In this document: one piece after another, positions 1 to 10,737 of the stretch | Layout of the letters: the number at the start of each line of letters is the position of its first letter | How positions within the stretch are numbered: the first letter of the stretch is position 1 | Assembly (NCBI GenBank): GCA_026129095.1 | Contig: JAHCIT010000016.1 | Location: forward strand, 1-34,537 | Direction: 5' to 3' | Length of the DNA stretch: 34,537 nucleotides | Source of the DNA: Deltaproteobacteria bacterium | GTDB lineage: Bacteria > JAGRBM01 > JAHCIT01 | The notes under the pieces: model-generated | Database searches by the model: none | Told to the model about the DNA's origin: nothing | What the model saw: only the letters and a program-made list of their open reading frames with translations | Program-made: the position numbers and the translations under genes

Positions 1-139
1 CCCCCCCCCCCCCCCCACCGCAAGACGTACCGTTCCCGCCGGTTGAGCCGGAGCCGCATGCCGAAAGGGCAAACACGACCAAGCCAGCAATGCGAGCCCA
101 CAAGGTCGGATACTTTCCGTGGGAGATATGACATCTCAT
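1..139 (-). CDS. Lipoprotein, N-terminal fragment only (runs off the window); absent from the ORF track
   Basis: Manual translation from ATG at 139: MRCHISHGKYPTLWARIAGLVVFALSA-CGSGSTGGNGTSCGGGGGG. It has a basic N-region, a hydrophobic core, an LSAC lipobox and a Gly/Ser tether, with a strong promoter just upstream. Confidence 0.7.
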   Translation of the reverse strand, partial: MRCHISHGKYPTLWARIAGLVVFALSACGSGSTGGNGTSCGGGGGG

Positions 140-173
140 AAGTTTTCTGGATCGAATGAGGATTCCGTAAGCT

Positions 174-202
174 ATTATCACTTATCTCTTTGTTTTTGTC
201 AA
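174..202 (-). promoter_or_regulatory. Sigma70-type promoter for the edge lipoprotein gene
   Basis: Minus strand TTGACA (202-197), 17-nt A-rich spacer, GATAAT (179-174). Confidence 0.7.
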
Positions 203-234
203 GCAGTACCGGCTTAATTCCGGTTCCCGTCCCC

Positions 235-1503
235 CTACCGCTGCTCCTCGTATTCGACGACCATCTTGAGGAGCGTGGCGTCGGGCCGCGCACGGAGCTT
301 GCGGCCGTTGACGATGATGGTCGGGGTTCCCTCGACGCCCACCTTCGTGCCGGTGTCGAGGTCGTCGCGGATCATCCTGTCCGTCAGGGGGTCTTTCATG
401 CACTTCTCGAACTTGCCCATGTCGAGGGCGAAGTTTTTGGCGATGGACCGGATGCTGGTTTCGTTGAGGCCGCGCCCCTGGATTTCGAACATCGCCTCGT
501 AGATCTCCCAGAGTTTCCCCTGCTGGCTGGCGCAGATGGAGGCGCGGGCCGCCTCGCAGGCGTTCTGGTGCCCGCGGCCCTTGGGGATGCGCGGGTTGCA
601 CTCTCCGTCGAGCGGATAGTTGCGGTAGCAGACCTTCACCCGGTCGCCGTGGGTTCGGACGAGTTCCTTCAGCGCCGGCACGAATCCCTTGCAGGCCGGA
701 CACTGGAAGTCAGCGAACTCCACCAGCATGACCGGGGCATTGGGGTTGCCCTTGGGCTGGAGCGGTCCGCAGTCGAGATCAACCTTCGGCATGGCGTCCA
801 GGAATCTCGCCACGAGTCTCAGGGTGTCCTCGCGTTCGGTGGTTTGTTCCCCGTCGATTATCACGTCAGGCTTCGGGGTTTCGGGGCGGGCGACAGCGGG
901 ATCTTTCTTCTCGATGGCGTCCACCGGGCTCATCCGTGCGGAAAGGCCCCAGAGCACCAGCAGCGACGCCACGACCGAAGCTCCCGAAATCCCGAGGAGC
1001 TTCGGGCTGAACAGGGCGGAGATCTCGTCGCCAAACCCGCCGCCGGGGGCCGACTTCAGCGCGATCCACCCGAAAGCGAGCAGTGCGAACGAGCAGACAT
1101 AGAGGACCGTGCAGGCGGGACAGATCGTTTTCAGGACGGCATAGGACAGGTAGGCCATCACGAGGCTCACCAGCGTCGTAAAGGCGCCGCCCGCCAGCAG
1201 AAGACGCGGCAGGGCCTTCTTCGGGTCCAGAATCCCCGACAGCGCCACGACTCCGATCAGTACGTAGGTAATGACGGCGAAGTTCGAGATGGGGACACCG
1301 AACAGTTCCGAATACTTCGATTCAATCGTGATCTGGCAGTTGGCCACGTCGCTGATCGTGCAGAGCGAGCCCAGAAGTTCCTTCGTGTACCGGATCGTGT
1401 GCAGATGCGTCAGGTAGAACGACACGATGACGGCAACGGCGGAAACTGCCACAGCTGCCGGATAGAGCCATCTGGGCGTGGCGGACGTTTTTTCCTCGGA
1501 CAT
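235..1503 (-). CDS. VKOR-family membrane oxidoreductase fused to a DsbA/thioredoxin-like domain
   Basis: N-terminal TM helices with loop cysteines (LCTISDVANC, SKYS) and the VKOR CxxC (ICPAC). The C-terminal domain has EFADFQCPAC and the cis-Pro motif GTPT. SD-like AGGGGTGA upstream. Confidence 0.9.
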   Translation of the reverse strand: MSEEKTSATPRWLYPAAVAVSAVAVIVSFYLTHLHTIRYTKELLGSLCTISDVANCQITIESKYSELFGVPISNFAVITYVLIGVVALSGILDPKKALPRLLLAGGAFTTLVSLVMAYLSYAVLKTICPACTVLYVCSFALLAFGWIALKSAPGGGFGDEISALFSPKLLGISGASVVASLLVLWGLSARMSPVDAIEKKDPAVARPETPKPDVIIDGEQTTEREDTLRLVARFLDAMPKVDLDCGPLQPKGNPNAPVMLVEFADFQCPACKGFVPALKELVRTHGDRVKVCYRNYPLDGECNPRIPKGRGHQNACEAARASICASQQGKLWEIYEAMFEIQGRGLNETSIRSIAKNFALDMGKFEKCMKDPLTDRMIRDDLDTGTKVGVEGTPTIIVNGRKLRARPDATLLKMVVEYEEQR

Positions 1504-1614
1504 GGATATTCACCCCTAGGTATGGATGGAACTCAGGTAACGGGGCGAGCCTAGACCATGCCGCTGGGGGGTGGAAGTCGGACTGATAGCGGAATGAAGC
1601 CGGTTTAACGCTTT

Positions 1615-2598
1615 TCAGCGCAGGAGTGCGCCGGGGTCCACTTCCCAGGGCGCGTCCGAAAGCCGGTCCCGGCGATAGTGGGGCAGAAGGCCTGCGGGGG
1701 TGACCGGTTCGGGCCGATCCAGAAGGCCGAGCGAATGGGCGAGGTAGCCCAGGATTTTCTCTACGGTCCAGCCGTGGTGGAGCAGTTCCGGCAGGGTAAT
1801 ATCACGCTCCCGTTTGGCGAACTTGCGGCCACCCAGACCCGTGACGAGCGGGACATGCAGGAATCCGGGTGGTGTCCAGCCGAGTGCTTCATACAGGAGA
1901 ACCTGCCGGGCGGTGGAATCGAGCAGATCGGCCCCCCGCACGACGCACGTCACCCCCATCGCGCGATCATCGGCGACGACGGCGAGCTGGTAGCTCGCCA
2001 CGCCATCCTTGCGGAAAACGATGAAGTCGCCCCGGAGCGTCGAGACGTTTTCCGCCGCAGCGCCCGTATGGATATCTGTCATCGTGACCAGCCGGTCGTC
2101 GGCCCGGAACCGGAAGGCATAGGATTCGCCGCCCGAAATCCGGCGGCTGGCATCAGCAGGCGGCAGGTGCCGACAGGTGCCGGGATAACGGGGACCGTCT
2201 TCACCGGGAGCAGGGGCCCCGGCGGCCGTTTCGATCTCCTTGCGGCTGCAGAAGCAGGGGTAGACAAGGTTCCGGGCTTCCAGTGCCGTAACAATCTTCC
2301 GGTAGTAATGGGCCCGTTCGCTTTGCCGGTAGGGGGAGTGAGTATTCCGGAGTTCAGCCGGCCCTGCCGTTGCACCGGGGCCTTCGTCCCAGTCGAGACC
2401 CATGGCCCGGAAATCCTCGATGATCTGGTTTTCAAACTCCGGGCGCGAACGGGCAGGATCCAGATCCTCGATCCGGAGGATGAGCCGCCCTCCGTGGGCA
2501 CGGGCATCGAGCCAGGCGACGAGTGCCGTTCGCAGGTTGCCGATATGCTGGCGGGCCGTGGGAGACGGGGCGAGCCGCCCCACATAGGGAGTGGTCAC
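1615..2598 (-). CDS. gluQ: tRNA glutamyl-Q(34) synthetase GluQRS
   Basis: GRLAPSPT..HIGN (HIGH-like), RIEDLD, Zn motif CFCSR...YPGTC, YQLAVVADD, RGADLL and KFAKR (KMSKS-like). At 327 aa it lacks the GluRS anticodon-binding domain. Confidence 0.9.
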   Translation of the reverse strand: MTTPYVGRLAPSPTARQHIGNLRTALVAWLDARAHGGRLILRIEDLDPARSRPEFENQIIEDFRAMGLDWDEGPGATAGPAELRNTHSPYRQSERAHYYRKIVTALEARNLVYPCFCSRKEIETAAGAPAPGEDGPRYPGTCRHLPPADASRRISGGESYAFRFRADDRLVTMTDIHTGAAAENVSTLRGDFIVFRKDGVASYQLAVVADDRAMGVTCVVRGADLLDSTARQVLLYEALGWTPPGFLHVPLVTGLGGRKFAKRERDITLPELLHHGWTVEKILGYLAHSLGLLDRPEPVTPAGLLPHYRRDRLSDAPWEVDPGALLR

Positions 2599-2609
2599 GG
2601 GAAAACGGT

Positions 2610-3614
2610 CTAGGCGGCCTTCGCCAGAACGGCGTCAACCATCCGGGTGGTCGTGGCGCTGCCGCCCATGTCACCGGTGACATCGCGGCCTCCGGTCACG
2701 ATGCTGTCGATGGCGGCATCCAGCCGTTGCGCCTTCTCGCGTTCGTTGATGTGCTCCAGCAGCATCACGACCGTGCGGAGTATTCCCGTGGGGTTGGCCC
2801 AGTCGCGGCCATCCCGGTGGGGGCGGGCGCCGTGAAACAGCTCGAAAACCGCCATGCCCCCATCTCCATAGCTCGCGCTCGCCACCGTGCCCGGACCACC
2901 CACCAGGCCTGCGCCGAGGTCGGAGAGGAGATCGCCATAAAGGTTGGTCGTCAGGATCAGGTCGTATTTCTGCGGCCGCTGGACCATCTGGAGCGAGGCG
3001 TTGTCCACGATGAAGTCGCTGAACCCGATGAATGGGGATTCGCCCGCCACCCGCCGGGCGGTTTCAAGGAACAGGCCGTCCGACTTCTTCATGATGTTTG
3101 CCTTGTGGACGCAGGTGATGGAACGGCGGCCGTATCGTTTGGCGTATTCGAATGCGAAATGGCTGATCCGCTCGCAGGCTATCCTGGTCGCCAGCTTGAT
3201 GGTGAGGACCACTCCCTGTGCCACCTTGTGCTCGATGCCTGCGTATATGTCTTCCGTGTTTTCGCGGATAATGACTGCGTCAATCCCGCGAAACGCCTCG
3301 CGGACATGAGGCAGGCTTTTGAGAGGCCGGACGTTGGCATAGAGATTGAGCGTTTTCCGGAGCTGGACGTTCGGAGAGGAGTATTTGACGCCCATGGCCG
3401 ATTCTACCGGCCCCTTGATGGCAACCCGGGTGCGGCGGATCGATTCAACCAGTGTCCTGGGTACAGCTTCTCCGGTCCGTTCAAATGCCGTCCGGCCCAT
3501 TTCCTGCTCGTCCCATCTGGTGCCGGGCAGGAGCGCATCAATGACCCGGCGGGCATGAAAGAGAAGTTCCGGGCCCAAACCCTCGCCGGGGACATAGGTG
3601 ATTTCGATGCCCAT
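2610..3614 (-). CDS. Isocitrate/isopropylmalate dehydrogenase family protein (IDH3-like)
   Basis: GEGLGPE, SPNVQLRK.LNLYANVRP, RENTEDIY, HKANIMK.SDGLF, NLYGDLLSD and ANPT motifs. Start placed at MGIEITYV; the ATG at 3632 is an alternative. Confidence 0.85.
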   Translation of the reverse strand: MGIEITYVPGEGLGPELLFHARRVIDALLPGTRWDEQEMGRTAFERTGEAVPRTLVESIRRTRVAIKGPVESAMGVKYSSPNVQLRKTLNLYANVRPLKSLPHVREAFRGIDAVIIRENTEDIYAGIEHKVAQGVVLTIKLATRIACERISHFAFEYAKRYGRRSITCVHKANIMKKSDGLFLETARRVAGESPFIGFSDFIVDNASLQMVQRPQKYDLILTTNLYGDLLSDLGAGLVGGPGTVASASYGDGGMAVFELFHGARPHRDGRDWANPTGILRTVVMLLEHINEREKAQRLDAAIDSIVTGGRDVTGDMGGSATTTRMVDAVLAKAA

Positions 3615-3684
3615 GGCGGGAAACTGTACCATGCGGAACAATCTCCGTGAAGCGGGGATACCTGAATGGCCGCATCCGCACCTG

Positions 3685-3719
3685 AAAAAACACGCGGGCC
3701 GTTTTTAGGCGGCCCGCGT
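3685..3719 (-). terminator. Intrinsic terminator
   Basis: Perfect 10-bp stem ACGCGGGCCG (3692-3701) / CGGCCCGCGT (3710-3719), followed on the minus strand by GTTTTTT. Confidence 0.8.
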
Positions 3720-3745
3720 CCCGAGAGAAAAGAAAAGGAACGTCG

Positions 3746-3952
3746 CTACATTAAACCGGCGGGGTTGGCCGGAGCGGAGTCCAGCCATGAAACCGTGCCG
3801 GCAATAGAGCCGGTACCAATGGCGGCTTCGTTAGGGGAAGCGCACCCGAACAGGACGATATAAACGATGACGCCGATCAGGAGGGCGATATAGAGCTTCG
3901 CCGACAGCGGCGCCTTGCGGGCTTTGTTGAGGATGACGGAGTTTTCAAACAT
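3746..3952 (-). CDS. Small membrane protein or lipoprotein, 68 aa
   Basis: MFENSVILNKARKAPLSAKLYIALLIGVIVYIVLFGC: a basic stretch, one TM helix and a possible LFGC lipobox, with its own terminator downstream. Confidence 0.55.
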   Translation of the reverse strand: MFENSVILNKARKAPLSAKLYIALLIGVIVYIVLFGCASPNEAAIGTGSIAGTVSWLDSAPANPAGLM

Positions 3953-4042
3953 TTCGCAGGGAGCATACAAGATCTGTGCCGCGGGCCGGTGCAGTAAAAC
4001 CCCTGCTAAGGTGTCCTAGCAACGGGATTTCTGAAGGGTTGT

Positions 4043-4075
4043 CCCCGGCCTGTCACCTTGCGGCGACAGGCGGGG
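4043..4075 (-). other. Stable GNRA-tetraloop hairpin just after acyP (possible terminator or 3' stabiliser)
   Basis: Minus strand CCCCG-CCTGTCGCC-GCAA-GGTGACAGG-C-CGGGG. The G-U pair favours the minus strand; no U-tract follows. Confidence 0.45.
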
Positions 4076-4089
4076 CTGAAAGTTCGGGC

Positions 4090-4368
4090 TCACCCCGTTG
4101 GCCGGATACTGAAACCGGCGTCCTGGTCGAGGGGTGGTATCTCTGAAGTGGCAAGACGTTCGACGCGGGCTGCTGGTGGTCCCTTTTCCAGCCAAAGGAG
4201 CATTTTTGCGCAGGCCGCGTCGTGACCCTGGAACTCGCCCTCGACGGAACCATCGGGCCGGTTCCGGACCCAGCCACTTAGCCCCAGTACGGTTGCTTCA
4301 TCCCGGGCCGTATACCGGAAAGCGACGCCCTGTACCCGGCCCGTGACGGTAAACCGGTACCGTTTCAT
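4090..4368 (-). CDS. acyP: Acylphosphatase
   Basis: GRVQGVAFR and GWVRN signature motifs, GPPAARV, 92 aa. Confidence 0.95.
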   Translation of the reverse strand: MKRYRFTVTGRVQGVAFRYTARDEATVLGLSGWVRNRPDGSVEGEFQGHDAACAKMLLWLEKGPPAARVERLATSEIPPLDQDAGFSIRPTG

Positions 4369-4375
4369 GGGGCTG

Positions 4376-7133
<2,758 letters not shown>

Positions 7134-7137
<4 letters not shown>

Positions 7138-7745
7138 GGTTCGCTGCTCCGGAGGATGATCTGGGTGTCGGTGCCCTGCGTTCCGTCCTCGTTCCACAAA
7201 ATGCAGGAGAGCTCCATACGGCTGCTCATTTTCTCCTCGTAGACAAGCACTCCTTCGGTCTTTGAGCCCGGTACCAGCCGGACAGGAGCGAGCATCTTCT
7301 GCTGGAAATCATCAAGCCGGTCGGCGTTGGCACTCGCCTGCATTTTCCGGGCTCCGTAGTCGAATGGAAGCATAGCAATACGCAGTGCCAGCCAGACGAT
7401 GCCGAAGCTGTCCTGGCCGGGCCGGCTGTCCGGCCGGGCCGATGTGGATACGGCTGCCCGCAACGGGCTTAATGGGTGCACATCCATGCGGGTTGAAGAG
7501 AGGCGGCAGTCCCAGGGTTCCAGATCCACCGGGACGTCGCCGTGGTTTTCGGCAGTCAAGTGGATCGCAACCAGATCCTTGCGGCCGCCCGAATCCCATT
7601 GCCTCCGGTCCAGTAGAACAGCACGGAAGGTCCTGTCCGGACTCGTGGCGGCATCCGCCCCGGCATCTGGCGGAGCAAATGGACGGTACGCACAGGCCGA
7701 AAGCACAAAGACGGCAATGAGCCCCGTAATTCGTATGCAATTCAC
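7134..7745 (-). CDS. Hypothetical lipoprotein
   Basis: GTG start gives MNCIRITGLIAVFVLSAC (LSAC lipobox); translationally coupled to the next gene. Confidence 0.7.
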
Positions 7746-7800
7746 CCGTCCATCGTTGCCGACACCCCCCGCTGGGAGCAACTATTGGAACGGGTACCAA

Positions 7801-9666
7801 ATGACCGAAGATCGCACTCCAGATTCGGCGCTCCGGCCAGCCGGTCCTGCCGCCGGGCAGACATCCGTCACGGTGACAGCCATTTGGGCCGCTGGCTTCG
7901 CCCTGATGCTCCACTTCGGCTGGGGCCGGGCGGGCGACATCGTGATCGATTCGTTCCACGACCTCGTGACCGTTATGCGGCTTGCGGCCGGCGAGCCGCT
8001 TTATACTGGCATTGCTTATCTGTACGGCCCGGTGGGGCCCACGTTCTTGCGGGGTTCGATGGCGCTGCTCGGGCTGGACGTAACGGCATACCTCGCACTG
8101 TGCGTGTTGCTGGCGGCGGCGGAACTGCATCTTGTGGACCGGATTGCCCGGCGGTTCGTGGCTCCGGCAGGCCGCATCCTGCTCCTGCTCGCAGTGGCCG
8201 GTGTTTTTACCTTTCACAGTGAACTGTTCAGCCGCCTGATGCCGTATTCATTTTCGGCCCTGCTGGCTGCGGTTCTGTATCTGGCGTTTCTGGACCGCTG
8301 GCTGGATGCCCGTCAGGGAGTAACTCCGGCCGCGGACGGTCTTGTGGCGGGCCTTGTCGCCGGTTTGCTGCTCCACACGAAGTTCGAGTTCGGCCTGGCG
8401 GCTGCAGGGGTACTGGCCGCCGATTTCATTGTCGAGGGGATTTCGCGGTCCGAAAGTGGCCGGCGGAGCGGTTATCACCTGCCGGCACTGGCAGGAATGG
8501 CTTTGGCGGCCGGTGCCGGCTTTCTGCTGGTGCCGGGACTCGGCGGTACGGTTGAAACGTATCTTCAGAACGTCGATCCCCGGCCGTTCCTGACAAGTCC
8601 CGCCGGGGCGGCTCTGGCCCGGACGGCGGGTGCAGTCACTTCATGGAAAGCACTGGGGAATATCCTGGGGTTGTCACTCTATTCGTTTGCATTGCTGCTT
8701 GTGCCAGCGGCGTTGATTCTTTTCCTGGCGCGGCGAAACTTGCGTGTGGCGATGTTCCTGTCGGCGACGCTGCTGATCCCGCCGGCCGTGAGATTTGTGG
8801 CCGGATATCCGGCCCGGTCGCTGGACGGACTTGTCCCGCAGCTCCGGCTGCTCGCGGACTATACGATTCTGACCGGGGTTATTCCCCTGTTGCTGCTGGT
8901 GGTTGCGGGGCTTGCCATCGGAGGGGTGCCGGGTCCGGAGCGGCGGACCCGGTTACTGCTTGTTGTCGCCAGCGCGGGGCTGCTTGTCCGGACGCCGGCG
9001 TCACTGTCCCCGGGACTTTTTGGCTCGTTCTATCTGCTCCCTGCCGTCGTCGTCGCCGTATCGTTGTCGGGCGAATGGCTCCGGTGGATTGTCAGCGCCC
9101 GCAGACGCCAGTCCGCCGGACTTGTGGCGCTCGGGCTGCTGGTATTCGGGGTACCTGGCATTCTTGCCAATTTCCAGCGGTTCCGGCTGAAGGGATATGC
9201 CCCGGCAGTTTCCCTGCTCCCGTTTGCCACAGATGGTGTGCGGGCGCGGATATTCGGCGAGGCGATAGAGTTCCTCGCTGCCCGCACGAAGCCCGGCGAC
9301 CCGCTGGCAGTATTTCCCCAGGAGCCGGTGCTCTACTTCGCTACCCGGACCCGTCCCGCATTACCGGACCATAACTTCATCGCCCATGTGGTTCGTGGCG
9401 ACCCAATGGAAGATCTCGTCCGGCGGCTTGAGGAAGCCCGGCCGGAGTTCGTGGTCGTAAGCAACCGGGTTTACCGCGAAGGCGGGCTTGGCGCCTTTGG
9501 CCAAGGCTATGGGGCGGACCTGCAGAAGGTGATCGCCCGTGACTATGAGGCTGTTGCCAGGTTTGGGCTGGATGACACCCGGCGATCAGCCACGCCCGCA
9601 ACAGGTGCGTTGGGCGATCCATATTATGCGCTGCTGGTCTTTGGACGGAAAACCGCTGCCGAATAG
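7801..9666 (+). CDS. GT-C-fold (PMT/ArnT-like) integral membrane glycosyltransferase
   Basis: First TM followed by an acidic loop (VIDSFHD...GEPLY..IAYLYGP), many TM helices, TKFEF, and a soluble C-terminal domain (PGDPLAVFP.EP.LYF, RPEFVV). Confidence 0.7.
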   Translation: MTEDRTPDSALRPAGPAAGQTSVTVTAIWAAGFALMLHFGWGRAGDIVIDSFHDLVTVMRLAAGEPLYTGIAYLYGPVGPTFLRGSMALLGLDVTAYLALCVLLAAAELHLVDRIARRFVAPAGRILLLLAVAGVFTFHSELFSRLMPYSFSALLAAVLYLAFLDRWLDARQGVTPAADGLVAGLVAGLLLHTKFEFGLAAAGVLAADFIVEGISRSESGRRSGYHLPALAGMALAAGAGFLLVPGLGGTVETYLQNVDPRPFLTSPAGAALARTAGAVTSWKALGNILGLSLYSFALLLVPAALILFLARRNLRVAMFLSATLLIPPAVRFVAGYPARSLDGLVPQLRLLADYTILTGVIPLLLLVVAGLAIGGVPGPERRTRLLLVVASAGLLVRTPASLSPGLFGSFYLLPAVVVAVSLSGEWLRWIVSARRRQSAGLVALGLLVFGVPGILANFQRFRLKGYAPAVSLLPFATDGVRARIFGEAIEFLAARTKPGDPLAVFPQEPVLYFATRTRPALPDHNFIAHVVRGDPMEDLVRRLEEARPEFVVVSNRVYREGGLGAFGQGYGADLQKVIARDYEAVARFGLDDTRRSATPATGALGDPYYALLVFGRKTAAE

Positions 9667-9668
9667 GC

Positions 9669-10184
9669 TTATCCGCCGGGGATTCCGTATTCGTCCAGCA
9701 AGGCCGATAGCCGTTCGACATTGACGAATTCGATGGGCGAGCCTTCGACGATCTTGTGCACGTCGGCAGTGAAGTAGTCGGTGGTGACGAAAACCCCCTT
9801 GAGACCCCGTTCTCCACGGACCGAGCTTTTGAGCTCTTCCACACGTTCGGCGGTGACCGGTTCGTCGCTCATCCGGCAGTGGAAAATGACAAGGCCTGAT
9901 ACGAGTTCCCCCGGAAGCCGGGCATGAATCTCGAACTCGTCTTCACCAGACCGCTGAAGCGCGGCCACTTCCATGCCCTGCGCCGCCACCAGTGCATGCA
10001 TTGCCTCTGCGAATGCCTCAAGCGAGGTAAACCGCCGGAAACCGGCCTTGTCCGGCGGCAGTTCGAGTCCACCGCCTTCTGTGCCGCCGTCCTCGCGGAG
10101 AATCGGAACCGGATGCCGCCCCACGACAGCCATCAGGATGAACCCGAGCAGAAGCCCGGCGACTGCGATGTAGATGACGCTCAT
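9669..10184 (-). CDS. Membrane-anchored Mrr-like (restriction endonuclease type IV fold) domain protein, catalytic motifs degenerate
   Basis: N-terminal TM helix, then an F..A...L....G.EV helix, PVT...V.EL, KGVFVTT..FT and IEFVN..RL..LL..YG, all typical of Mrr_cat. Confidence 0.7.
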   Translation of the reverse strand: MSVIYIAVAGLLLGFILMAVVGRHPVPILREDGGTEGGGLELPPDKAGFRRFTSLEAFAEAMHALVAAQGMEVAALQRSGEDEFEIHARLPGELVSGLVIFHCRMSDEPVTAERVEELKSSVRGERGLKGVFVTTDYFTADVHKIVEGSPIEFVNVERLSALLDEYGIPGG

Positions 10185-10236
10185 CCTCGGCCCACCTTAG
10201 CGCGCTTTTCTGCACGAAGCCCGGCCGGATGATACG

Positions 10237-10261
10237 AAAAAGCCCGCTCATGGCGGGCTTT
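10237..10261 (-). terminator. Intrinsic terminator (possibly bidirectional)
   Basis: Plus strand AAAAAGCCCGC-TCATG-GCGGGCTTT. It gives a T-tract on the minus strand after the 83-aa gene. Confidence 0.8.
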
Positions 10262-10287
10262 GCCGGCTTCGAGGCAGGGTGGCGGCG

Positions 10288-10539
10288 CTATTCGCACATT
10301 TCCTTGTACATCTCGGCCCGGCGGCCCTGGCGGATCAGTTCATCATTGCGGAATGCCTGCCGGTAGGCGATCCAGATTGTCCCATTCACAAGGAAGATCA
10401 TGCCGACGATCGGAATGTTGTCCCCCTTCTTCACAATCGACAGGAAACTGGGGCTGAGCACGCAGCCGGCAACAAGACCGACAAGCAGGGCCAGATTCAG
10501 CACGATCATGGAAAGATCAAGAATTTTAACGCGGTTCAT
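10288..10539 (-). CDS. Small two-TM protein with a (K)xDNIPIV motif
   Basis: 83 aa with two hydrophobic segments, a GGGAG SD upstream and its own terminator downstream. Confidence 0.75.
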   Translation of the reverse strand: MNRVKILDLSMIVLNLALLVGLVAGCVLSPSFLSIVKKGDNIPIVGMIFLVNGTIWIAYRQAFRNDELIRQGRRAEMYKEMCE

Positions 10540-10737
10540 GGTTCCCGTGCTCCCTGATGGTATCCGTGGAAGCCCGGGCCCGTTTTCCTTCTAAGGCCCG
10601 GTGGCCGGTTGTTAGGCCCCCCCAGCCGCAAAATCAAGCGCGAATTCAGCCAAGTCATGGCGCCGGGCACTGGCCGGAGCTATAGGCCCCTCCGGAAGGT
10701 CCGGGTCACGCCGGAACCCGGACAGGAGCCATCCAGT

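Noticed and set aside
190-1554. 454-aa plus-strand ORF opposite VKOR-DsbA
   Set aside because: Antisense shadow of a well-supported gene, expected with high GC3; no motifs.
3975-4089. Possible c-di-GMP-I (GEMM) riboswitch suggested by the GNRA hairpin
   Set aside because: The conserved GCAAA/GGxCGCAAAG context and the second stem with the tetraloop receptor are missing.
7399-7800. 134-aa N-terminal extension of the GT-C ORF in the track
   Set aside because: It overlaps the minus-strand lipoprotein gene; the ATG at 7801 gives a sensible start.
9669-10184. Active restriction/defence system
   Set aside because: The catalytic residues appear substituted and no partner defence genes are present; kept only as a pseudo-nuclease finding.
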